64,000 nt of DNA from Azolla caroliniana (taxonomy: Eukaryota > Plantae > Polypodiophyta), in contig JBHGNT010000001.1 in the NCBI GenBank assembly GCA_043228905.1, positions 17,422,001-17,486,000 on the forward strand. The letters run 5' to 3'. Under the pieces are notes generated by a model. The model worked only from the letters and a program-made list of their open reading frames with translations, had not been told where the DNA came from and ran no database searches. Below are positions 49,101 to 60,790 of the stretch, piece after piece. A program made the translations under genes and the position numbers. The first letter of the stretch is position 1. Every line of letters starts with the position of its first letter.

Positions 49101-52100
49101 GCGTAATCTTCGAATTCCAAGTTCGGGGGGCTTGTTTCAGACCGTAAAGTGACTTCTTAAGCCGACACACCGCCGACTTGTTCATCTCCGACTGAAATCT
49201 GGGAGGTTGGATCATATAGACCCGTTCTTCAAGGTCACCTTGAAGAAACACATTCTTCACATCCATCTGGTGAAGATGCCACCCCCTTGCCACAACAACC
49301 GCTAGTACCACACGAACTGTCGTCATCTTCGCTACCAGGGTGAAGGTCTCGTCGTAATCGATTCCGTGGGTCTGTGTGTATCCCTTCGCCACTAACAGGG
49401 CCTTCTACCGGTTAACTGAACCATCAGCATTGTACTTTACCTTGTACACCCATTTGCAACCGATCGGTGTACAGTGTTGGGGAGGGTCAACGAGGTCCCA
49501 TGTGTCGTTGGCATCGAGTGCCCGCATTTCTTCTGCCATAGCGGCATGCCAATTTGTGTCCTTTGCTGCTTCTGCGTAGCTCTCTGGCTCACGCACTTCC
49601 GCCACTTTGGTCATGTATGCATAGTGATGCACCATGTACTCACTGTACCCGTACTGTGTAACGGGGTTCTTCAGGCGGGAAGACCGACGTAACTTGGTAT
49701 CACCCGGTTTGGGGCCCTTCTTGGCTGGTTCAGACTTCATTCTCGAAGATCTGCCTTCATCCTTTCTGGAGTCGGATGCGCTCCGATCCGACTCAACGTT
49801 GCCGGCTTCGTATTCCGACATCTTCTTCTTCCCCTTCACTTTGCGTGTGAACCGTCTCTTCGGGTCCTTGTGCAGGGAGAGCATGACAGAATCTCCATTA
49901 CTCACCGGTTCTTCATCCGACTGGTCACTTTGACCCAGTAGCTCGTTCAGTCCGCTCAACCGAAACGAGTTTGGACTCTCCTCTAGAGTCTCCAGCTTGT
50001 CATATTCTATATGGACCTCCTCGGGCTCACTAGCCTCATCTTCCGGAATCGGGTCTTTGTTGGGAGTTGGAGTCGGTAAGGAGTACCGTGATGCCATCTC
50101 ATCATGTTGGGAATATTTCCCTCCAGTGGGAGGAAGAACCAACTGATCGAAAAGCCGACAATCAATGATAGGGAAGATCCGACTGTTTCGATTGCGGCCA
50201 CTAAATTTTGGCAAAAATCGAAGACAACCTGTTTCGATTGCAGGTCCTGAAGCTTCCGGTAGTTGAATGTGGCCAATCCGCTTGTGCCACAGGTCGATGT
50301 CCGACTTGACCTTCTGCCCTTTGGCAAACATGGCGGTGCCAACATCATTGGTGTTGAGGATGAACATCCTCCCTTCTCTATGCCTTTGCGCAAGTATCCG
50401 ACCTTCTTCCTCGATGAAGCACCCTAGGTGCGTAAACCGCACTTGCATCCCCTGGTCGACGATTTGTCCAACTGACACCAGGTTCTTTGTGATAGTCAGA
50501 ACATGTAGTACGTTCATCAGCTTCCCCTTTTGTCTGACATGGCTTAAAGGGACTTCTTTGACATGCACAATTGGGTGCGGGGTGTTGTCTCTAGTTTCGA
50601 CAATCCCTGGTTGTTCCGGCTTCTCCAAAAAGGAGAACCACTTTTCATGGCTCGTCATGTGGTTGGATGCTCTGGAATCAACATACCATACTTCCTCCGA
50701 TTTGGAAGTAGTCTTCTTCTTCGAGTTAGCCTTGTGTTTCATGACGAAGGCTGTCTCTTTACCAGTTTTCCCGGTTCTGGATCCTTTCGATCCTTCCGCG
50801 TAGTGCGAGTTTTGCCGGTTCTCCTGACCGGTTTTGCCGGATCCAGATTTGTCCGAATAGGCGCACTTCTTCCAACACTCGATTTCCCTGTGGCCCTTTT
50901 TGCCATAGTACCAGCATTACGTGTTGGCCTTTCCTTGCCGGCTATCGACACCGCTTTGAATCCCCCTGCTTGTGGAGGGTCTGGAACTGCTGTCGACACC
51001 TTCTCTGTGCCTCTGGTCCTGCTCTTGCCGGCTGCCTCCATTGCGTGCCGACCCACCTCGTCCACCATGTCCATGGGGCTGATTTGTCTCTGTGTACAAC
51101 ATCCAGCCGTCCGATTGAGTGGTCCTTGACCCACTCACGTGGTTTTCTTCAACCATCAGCATCGATTACAAGTCGAAGAAAGACGGTGGTTTTTCCCGGG
51201 TGGAGATTGTTGTTCGGATTGGCCCGTACCTTTGCGCTAGACCACCGAGGCAGATTTGTACCATCTCTTCTTCGTCCATCTTCACGTTAACGGACCGGAG
51301 TGTGTCGCAAATCTCCTTTATCTTGGTGGTGTAATCTGTAACCGACATTTCTCTTTGCCGGATGTTGTTCAAATTTTGCCGGAGCTGCAACTTACGGGTT
51401 GTGTTACTCGCAACGAAAATCTTCCTCAGATTTCCCTAGGCCTCCTTCGGCGTCTTTGCATCCTTGATGTAGCCGAGCATCTGATCATGCACACAGGACG
51501 TGAGGCAGTACAATACTCAGCTCGCTCCTTGCTCCCATACCGGGAAGTCCTTGTGTGATGGCTCTCGTGCTACTTCATTTGTTCCTTTCACAAAACTCCA
51601 ATATCCATACCCCAACAGGTACTGGTGCAGTTTATATGACCGGGACATGTAGTTGCTTCGGTCGAGCTTCTCTGTTGGAAGTGAACTCGTCATTCCTCTA
51701 TCCATATCTTCTCTCTATTTGTTGTTACTGGGTTCTAGGGTTCGTCTATTGAAGCAAATGTCAGCTGTAGAGGTTCTCAACCCTCACGCTCTGATACCAT
51801 GTGCGAAAGCGTTAGATAGAATCGGCTCAGCCGGATAGCAACAGAGAATAAGAGTTTTAATGGAAAAGCTTAATACACAGAGAGAGTATACACAGGGGAG
51901 ATAGAGAGAGCATAACGTAAAAAGTTTATTCAAAATAACTCTCTAATTCTGTACATACAACGTGCTAAACAACACTATTTATACAAGTCCATAAAGGACT
52001 TACAGAAGTACTGACAGGTACTTAAATATTCCTACGTGCGATTGACACTAACTACGAGACAATGATTACCTAATAGTCTAGGCTACTACTAGGCTTCTGG

Positions 52101-52385
52101 TTCCCGCTTGAATCCGACTCTCTGATCCGTCTGCCTGATCCGGCTGGTTGTTTCTGGATACCATCCGGATACCGATCCGGCTCAGGCTTCTTTAGTTGAT
52201 CCGGATCTAGTTGAGCTTGCTCGCTCAACAAAATATATAGCAACTTAAAGCTTAGCAATGCATGTGTTTGGTGGCATGGAATCTTGACTTTAGTGTAGTA
52301 TTGACCAATAAAGCTTGTCACCTGTACTATGGAATATTACTATTCTCCATAATGGAGCCAGGGTCAACTCTGCAAAGTCTTTCAG
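46148..52385 (-). pseudogene. Intron-containing beta-class N4-cytosine/N6-adenine DNA methyltransferase pseudogene (exons ~52385-52256, 46867-46570, 46477-46148)
   Basis: Reconstructed: LKDFAELTLAPLWRIVIFHS..QALLVNTTLKSRFHATKHMH-W-VKTNITCTPADRMVSVVEH..NPYQKSQQLINRLVELFSNLEDWVLDLFSGT-(G)-TTIACALKLFKNCIA..LE..VNFIKMRI. This matches the WxKxN, motif X and FxGxGTT motif I order of N6_N4_Mtase. A 92-bp GT-AG intron (46478-46569) splits motif I. Confidence 0.8.
46948..52230 (-). mobile_element. Copia element C5 (C1/C2-related), integrase deleted, inserted in an intron of the MTase gene
   Basis: LTRs 51800-52230 and 46948-47403; PBS 51788-51799; gag from 51705; RT/RH 49600-47900; flanks GTAAA/AAATA do not form a TSD. 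Confidence 0.9.
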
Positions 52386-52386
52386 G

Positions 52387-53250
52387 TTAAAAGCATGCGA
52401 GTGGAAACACTATTATGCATTGAGTATTGCAAAACAACGAAGGAATCTCGTGACCCTGAAATGTACAGGGTAGCTTGGGCAATTTATGGTGAGGCATTGG
52501 TAGAAAGATGCCGGAAGATGGGGAGCTTGCAACAAAAAATGACAAGCTTTTGGAGCATGGCAATTGATGATGCAACTGCCGACTCCCAACAAACCCACAA
52601 GTATACACCACACTGATACACAATGAAAGCCAATGTCGATGATACAGGTTAGACATTGATTAGCTATATGCTAAAAAATGTCCATGAAGCCTGTGAGACA
52701 TTGGAGTTTTTTAAGACTGATTTAGAGCAAGCAACATTGGTTGCTGCGATGGAGAGCAAAGTCACTTTGGCAATTACAACAATCAGAAATAAGATTTAGG
52801 TACCTATTGTTTTGCTAGTATGTAATATGTTATAAATAACTTGTACATGAAAATGTGCTAGTGAGGCATTATCTAGAATAGGTTTCTCAACATGAGCTTG
52901 AAATTGAGGGGTCGCTGGATCCCCAACGGAAAATTCAACTACAGACAGAGATCCAAGTTCTTTGAATGAACCTGGACCTTCTAGGTGTAAACACTGTCGC
53001 TGATTACAATTTGGACAAGCTACAAGGTTGCGTTGAAGGAACAATACTCCCGTCAAGAACAGGTAGTTAGCTGGCTTAAGAAGTAGCTACATTTTGTGGA
53101 GGGGATGGTAAGGAGCAGACAAGAATTGGACCTCAACATTCTTCTTGCTCCCTTACCAAATGAAGGAGAACCAAGAAACGATATATTGATTGTTCAAGCA
53201 CGTTGCATCACTTGCGGATTACGTTGTCGTGACGATTTTCGGCTACGGTG
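52387..53250 (+). pseudogene. Decayed spliced gene remnant of unknown, helical/coiled-coil product
   Basis: Protein-like frame RVETLLCIEYCK..AITTIRNKI, GT..AG intron ~52800-52881, then VSQHELEIEGSLDPQRKIQLQTEIQVL; several stops. Confidence 0.4.
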
Positions 53251-53818
53251 TGAAACTGAGTGAGACGAATAAACCAAGTAAATAAGCAAATAAGCCTAAG
53301 GCCTAGTGGCACTTAAGTTCATACAGAGGGATGCAAGCAAGGTTCGAACCTTGCACCTCTAAGATACAAGATGTTTAGCAAATAAGCACTAGGAAAACTA
53401 CCATATAGTGTAGATTTTATGTATTTCCTTTTCATATACGAATTATAGACGAAACAACCATAGAAAGCCATGTGCACAAAACCATGGTTTGTGCATGACA
53501 TAAGCAAAACCCTGTGCACAGAACCATGGTTTTAGCCCATGGTTTTGTGCTTGTCACAAGCATGGAAAGACCTATAAAAGCTTCTAGTTGGGCTTGTGTA
53601 AGGGGGGCTCAATATGTGATATCACCAACACCACTATCATCAATATAATTATATTCGTCTTTATCTTCTTCATATTTTTCTACTTCTCAAGTGTACAATC
53701 CTTCTTCTTCTCAAGTGAACAAATTTCATCCAATCTTACATTGATTGTCATCTCTTTGATAATTCTGCGAACGTCCTCCCCAGTCCAAGACCCCGGTGGT
53801 TGCTCGAGTAGCACACAC

Positions 53819-56160
53819 ATGCTCGAATCTTCACAATAACGTGTAGAGGACAAAATTGCTACTCTGTTGGTTCACCTACAACCATGCCAGCACACATAGC
53901 ATATCGTTTGTTTTCAACATGCCTATCACATTGCTGCATCCTATTTGGGGGATTGCAGGACAACTCCCCGAGATGAGTGGAGAAAACTAACAGGTAAATT
54001 GCTGCTTGTGACCATAGTGTAGCTAATTAGTTACATCTTTGTTAATTAGATAAGACGTATAAAGTGTGGAAACTATTTAGCTGTTATGGTTGTAGTGTAG
54101 TAGCTAATTAGCTAAGTGGTAGCTAATTAGCTACTACCATAGTTTAATACAATAACTAATTAGCTACAACCATACTTTAGCAATAGTAGCTTATTAGCTA
54201 GTACCATACTTTAGCTGAGTGGCTAATTCGCTAATTGGTAGCTAATTAATTACTACCACACTTTAGTAGAGTAGCTAATTAGTTGCTACCATATTGACAA
54301 AGAGTACCTAATTAGCTAGTACCATACCTAAGCGAAGTAGCTAATTAGCTTAGTGGTAGCTAATTAGCTACAGTCATAGTCTATAAGAATAGCTAGTTAG
54401 CTAAGTTGTAGCTGAGTAGCTAATAAGCTATCATGTTGTTGTAGAATGTTGTGGATTAAGGAGGGCGCATGAGGTGTCCAGTGCTAATGACGCTACAACC
54501 AATGAGGACATAACTGCCAACGTGGCTGCAAGTAAGAGTCCTGCTATCACATCTCCTTCAGATCAACTCCACCCTATTCTTTTGGAAGATTGTACTGAAT
54601 TAGGCAACGATGTGAAAAGCCATGAAATATTGGAAACAACATGTAAATCTGAGGTTCACAACGACAATGTTTTTGAACACTTGATGCAACATTTCTTCGA
54701 ATCCCAAAACCTTGATTCCACCCCACTGTACTGGAAAAGCTAGCGCAAGACGCAACTGACGTGCAAGCCGCTGCTGGAGTGATGGAAAGGTTGTCAGAGG
54801 AGGAGACACTTGCGCAATGGGTGAAAGAAGCAAGGCTAAATGGGCAACCGGCTAGAAAAAGGCTGAAGAAGGGGCCACGATCGGGGACAAGACTAGTTAC
54901 TCGGTCAAGAGGCTCTTGAATTGGAGCGAAATACTTATTAATGGGATATGATTGCTAGCGATTATCCTAGGGTTTTATGAAGTTTTACTATGATCGATTT
55001 GGAGAAGTAAAACCTCAGATTGGTTGTTGCTTGATCCACATTATGTAATGGAACTCTATGATGTTTCTTAAAGATAATTATGTTCATGTTGTTCTATGAT
55101 GGAAAATATTTCATGTTCATTATGTTGTTTTGTGAGACTGTTAGTTACTTTGTGAGTGTGAATATGTTGGTGTTTTCTGATGTTGCAGAGTCTAAAGGGT
55201 TTGAATCTATTGCTCCTAAGGCTGATGGTAGTGTGGAAACTATTGATGTTGCTGCGTGTTTAGAGGGGCACATCTTGAAAGTAGATGTAGCAATTGACAC
55301 AAATGATCTGGTCACGCAAGTTGATCAAGCATGTTGCATAGATGATCTAATTTTGCAGGTAGATGCAACATGTGATACTAGTGGGCTGATATCGGCCAGA
55401 TCAGTATCTAGATGCACCGAGCTAATGCAAGGAATGATGACTAAGTCGACAATACAAGAACACCAGAATGTGAAGCCAGGCCGAACACAGTCGACCAAGG
55501 GTTTGAAGAGGAAAAGGACATCAATTGTGTCCATAGAACCTGAGTTGATTGAAATTGATCGTGTGCTACTAGTAATTGGTGTAACAAAGGCTCAATTACA
55601 GGAATGGAAACCTAAACCATTAGAAGTCCAAAGAAGAGCCTTGATCTTGGCACTTGATAAAGTCCTGATGAGTGTGCAATATATGACACCAATGAGGGAC
55701 GCAAATCAATTTCTAGAGTGGGTTGTGCAATACTTTGATTTGTTTATTTGGAGTGAAAAGCCATGTACAGATGTGTGGAAGTGTGTAGAAAGATTCTTCC
55801 CGAAGTGGTGACAACATTTAAAGGGTTAGTGAACACGAGAGAAATGTGAGCAGAAGGATGTTGCAAGATTCAAAAGACTTTCTGATTTTTTGGCTACTTG
55901 GCCAGATTATAATGCCGACAATACATTCATTCTAGATACAGAACATTTTTGGCATTACTTCAACATTCACAGATGTTGTCTCATTCTACCTGAGGAAATG
56001 CTTGAACACTACTTGGTGAAAACATTGAGTTGGCAACTAATTGCATGGTTGTGAACTCCATACCGAGCTTGATATGCAGATCATATATGTAGAGAAGTTC
56101 CACTGACTAGTAAGATCTTAGCTATTTATAGGCAATTTGTAGACATTGCCAATGGGATGT
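53819..56160 (+). pseudogene. Spliced pseudogene(s): degenerate RING-like N-terminus and FCP1/NIF (HAD) phosphatase-like C-terminal domain
   Basis: LQPCQHT*HIVC..DCR; phase-consistent intron 53994-54444; RALILALDKVL..NQFLEWVVQYFDLFIWS..YNADNTFILD resembles the NIF domain with DxDxT lost; TATAAAA at ~53573. Confidence 0.55.
54020..54430. repeat. Intronic array of TAGCTAAT / TAGCTAATTAGCTA palindromes
   Basis: Dense irregular repeats confined within intron 53994-54444. Confidence 0.9.
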
Positions 56161-58409
56161 TATAAATATGTAATTTGATGACAGATTAATCAATGAAGAA
56201 TTAAATTGCTTGTTTTGAGTAACTTATCTACTTTGTAATTTTAAGATTATGTTCAGGATTGCTAATTTCATGATAGAGCTTTTTTTTAAAATTATGCAAA
56301 GTATTTTAACTTGTACATGGTTCACTTGAGTAAATCTCTATATCAGAAAGAAGAACCCTAAATGATATTATTAAACTAGTTTTTAAGAAAGAAGAACAAA
56401 AAGAAGATTGTATATAAAAAAGACACACGATTTTATTGAGAAAGATACATAAAAAGTAGACTATATATAATAATAAAAACTCCCAAACGAATTTATTTAA
56501 CTGTTTATTTGCAATACATGTGCTTTGTTTGTTTTACAAGAAAACTGGTAATTGCTACTTGTAGCTACAGATTCCATGGCATACTATTGTAAATACATTC
56601 ATACATATTAGCACTAACTGTGTATAAACCTGAGCAGCTATTGTATTGCGACATTGGGATGTTGATGCACCTGACCAAATGAGAGTATATGTATGCCATT
56701 GGTTTGTCTTCTAATAGCCTATACACATAATCGTAATCATTTAGTCTTGCAATACCTTCGATGTAGAATGTCCCGGTAGATACAACATTTCCCCAAGCAT
56801 CTACAATATTCTGCGCTACACACTGTTTACTAACCGTGCACGTCAATATATAGTAATCAACACCCTCTGATTTTCCTTCTTCTGCATTTACAACGAAATT
56901 ATCCCCAACATTTATAAGACATCACTTAGAGTATCTCTATGTCCTTGATAGCTGAAGTTAGCATTCTTTTTGGTTTCTCCATCAACTGCTTCCTTATCGT
57001 TCAATGTATGATACTCCCAATTCTGAATATATGCTTTGTTTAAAGAATACCTCCAATTTCCTTCCAGACAATGGAAGCAAAAACAAGTTAATTCTCTAAC
57101 CACAATACAATGACCATCCAACCTAAAATAACCGCGAACAACATGGAGAGATCGCAATTCAGGAATTCCTTGGCACTCCCAAGTCTTCTCCCTATTTACT
57201 TCATGTATCTTCACTTCCCAGAATTCACGTTTGATATCTCAGACTAGTTGCACTCGTTGACATATTAGTTCTGAAAAATTCAACTACATTTGCTGCACAA
57301 TTCATCTCCACACCATCTACCTTTAGTTGTTCATGGGTAAGTGCCCGCTTTATAACAGCACCTGCACCATCATGTTCACCTTTACCATGGCCAGACCCAA
57401 AAAAATTCCATCTCATCTCCAAACCTGTTATAGCAGGATACCTCCCCACAAAATAAAATGAACGTCTAGCCTTGAATTGTGACGCAACTCCGTTAGACCA
57501 CACCCAAAGTTGAGTAAGCTACAAACGTTTAGCTAATAACCATTGCCAATGTAAGTTAAAACAATGTTGGACAAACAAGGTATCATGCTTCTTATCATCG
57601 GAAATAAAAAAATGAATTACTTTTTTAACATCACCTGAAACTCGAAAGTATGTTATGTGCACAAAAATGGTTACCTGCGCTCAACACCAATGCATAGATT
57701 GAATTTCATTTTGTTGTTTGAAAGTATAATTCTCTGCTAAATTTACTACTGAGAGTACTACATCATTTGGAAAATCAGATATGCAAGTCTTAAACTAATG
57801 TGCTTGCCATGAATAAATGAAGTTGTGTTTAATGAACTTTCCTAGAGATACTACAAATAGAGACACCAAATGCCTTGGTTTAAGTGATTTCCTAACTAAA
57901 TCCTTTCTTTTACACACCTTTCCTTCGAAATTGGTGTCAACTGACTCAAATAACTTGACAAAGATTAATATTTCACTACTAAATTCATTTGGAAACCACC
58001 TAAATCTACTAGGGCCACAATCTTGACATAAACCCATGACACATTTATGACTGTGGAAGATAGCCTCAGATTCTCTTGGACACAATATTGAATCTAAACG
58101 ACAACTCATGGAAGAGATAACATGCTCAAATGATTTACAATGCTCTTGCGGGCTCGATTGACAAATTGGGCACTCACAAGTGCAAACTGCATTAGTTAGG
58201 GAGGCACTATGGTGACGTAGTAGATTAATAGAGGCCTTGACAAAACCCATTTGTATATGGTGAATGCAACAAAATGTGTATCGATCCTTCAAGCGTCTCA
58301 CAAAGTGTGGCTTAAGAGACTCGAATGTTCGTAGTTGAACTTTGATATTTGGATGCATTCGCCTGAACCTAATAAATAAATTGACCTGCGTAATAAAATG
58401 GACATACTG

Positions 58410-60790
58410 ATTAACTGATTAGCTATGCGCAAAACCTATTATAATAGCTAATAAACTATTCTAGTAGCTATATAGCTATGATTGGTAGCTAATTAGCTAT
58501 CATAGTAGGTAATTAGCTAGTAATAGCTAAATAGCTATTGGGAATAGCTAGTTAGCTAAGTGGTAGCTAATAGTCATAGCCAGCTAATTATCCATGATTG
58601 GTAGCTAACTAGCTATTCTGGTAGCTAATTAGCTATCCTAGTAGCTGTAGCTAATTAGCTAGTAATAACTGAATTAGCTATTGGGAATAGCTAGTTAGCT
58701 AATCTGGTAGCTAATTAGTTATAGTCATAGGCAACTAGTTAGCTATTTTGGTACCTAAATAGCTATGATTGGTAGCTAATTAGCTATTTTGGTAGCTAAA
58801 TAGCTAGTAATAGCTAAATTAGTTGGTAATAACTAATTAGGTATTGGGAATAGTTAGTTAGCTATAATCATAGGCAACTAATTAGCTATTTTGGTAGCTA
58901 ATTAGCTATCCTAACAACTAATTAGCTGGTAATGGCTAAATTAGCTATTGCGAATAGCTAGTTAGCTATCCTGGCAGCTAATTAGCTATAGTCATATGCA
59001 ACTAATTAGCTAGTTAGCTAGCTAGTTATTCTGGTAGCTAATTAGCTAGTCATACATAGCTAATTAACTATTATGGTAGCTAAATAGCTATAGTCAAGGG
59101 CACCTAATTAGCTATTATGGTAGCTAATTAGCTGTGAGTGCTAGCTAAATTGCTATGATTGGTAGCTAATTAGCTGTGAGTGCTAGCTAAATTGCTATGA
59201 TTGGTAGCTAATTAGCTATTCTGGTAGCTAATTAGCTGGTAATAACTAAATTAGCTATTAGGAATAACTAATTAGCTATTCTGGTAGCTAATTAGCTATA
59301 GTCATACACAACTAATTAGCTATTTTGGTAGCTAAATAGCTATGCCCATATTCTTAGGTAGCTAATTAGCTATTTTGGTAGCAAATTAGCTATAGTCATA
59401 AGCAACTAATTAGCTATACTTTAAAGTAGGTAATTAGCTAGTTTGGTAGCTAATTAGCTATTGTCATAGGCAACTAATTAGCTATTGTGGTAGCTAAATA
59501 GTTATGTTCGATATTCTTAGGTAGCTAATTAACTATTCTTGCAGCGAATTAGCTGGTAATAGCTAAATTACCTATTGGAAATCGCTATTAAGCTATTACT
59601 AGTAGCTAGTTAGCTATGGTCATATTCTGAGGTAGCTAATTAGGTATTACTAGTAGACTCGGGAACTTATCGTTCCTTATGCGTAAGACTTGGCCACAAC
59701 CGAGATTCTTTTCATACACAGAAAAATAGGTAATGAAACGCGACACAAAGAAGAGAAATGGTACACAGGAGGTTTACGTGGAAAACCCCCAAACTAGGGG
59801 AAAAACCACGGCAGCCCACAAGCTGCAAACTGTCACTATGTATGAATGTACAAAACAGTGAGTTCATGGAGGCAACGACCTTGGACTCACGTTCTTCGCC
59901 ACAGGCGGCGGTTACAATAGAGGCAACGACCTCTTTCTCTCTCTCTCTCTCTGTACAACATTACGCACACTAATCTCGTGTAATACAGAAAATTGACAAC
60001 AACATGATATTAGTTTGCCCTAAGTCATATTTATACTAATATGACTTTTCGGCTATTTACAAATATAGCCACAATGGGCTCTCAGAAACATATTTACGAA
60101 TATGTCTCTTCCTCCGGTTCATACCGGGTCTGCACCATCCGGCTCTCCGTAGCCGGGTACTCCTCATCCGGTTCATACCGGGCCTGCACCATCCGGCTCT
60201 CCGTAGCCGGGTACTCCTCATCCGGTTCATACCGGGCCTGCACCATCCGGCTCTCTGTAGCCGGGTACTCCTCATCCGGTTCATACCGGGCCTGCACCAT
60301 CCGGTTCTCTGTAGCCGGAGTTTGTTCATCGTCACTAATCTTCTCCCTTCCCATCCAGAGGGACCTGTCTCCCAACAGTCATAAGCAACTAATTAGCTAT
60401 ACTTTAAAGTAGGTAATTAGCTAGTTTGGTAGCTAATTAGCTATTGTCATAGGCAACTAATTAGCTATTGTGGTAGCTAAATAGCTATGTTTGATATTCT
60501 TAGGTAGCTAATTAACTATTCTTGCAGCGAATTAGCTGGTAATAGCTAAATTACCTATTGGAAATCTCTATTAAGCTATTACTAGTAGCTAGTTAGCTAT
60601 GGTCATATTCTGAGGTAGCTAATTAGGTATTACTGGTAGATAGTTAGCTATGGTCATATTCTGAGGTAGCTAATTAGCTATTATGGTAGCTAATTAGCTA
60701 TTACTGGTAGCTCGTTAGCTATGGTCATATTTTGAGGTAGGTAATTAGCTATTCTGGTATGGTTATATTCGGAGGTAGCTAATAAGCTAA
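58410..60790. repeat. Large intronic TAGCTAATTAGCTA palindrome array in the transposase intron
   Basis: Same motif as 54020-54430; interrupted by a solo LTR. Confidence 0.92.
59658..60377 (-). mobile_element. Solo LTR of family X with four 54-bp U3 repeats
   Basis: Homologous to 41819-42646; intact TGTTGGG start at 60377, damaged 3' end. Confidence 0.9.

Noticed and set aside
52510-52550. SLSFFVASSPSSG (minus strand) as the MTase catalytic motif IV
   Set aside because: It does not match (S/D/N)PP(Y/F), and the opposite strand gives a more protein-like reading here; the N-terminus is treated as missing.
60094-60375. Repeat protein (PDEEYPATESRMVQARYE)n
   Set aside because: It is a translation of the 54-bp U3 repeat inside an LTR; there is no evidence of coding.
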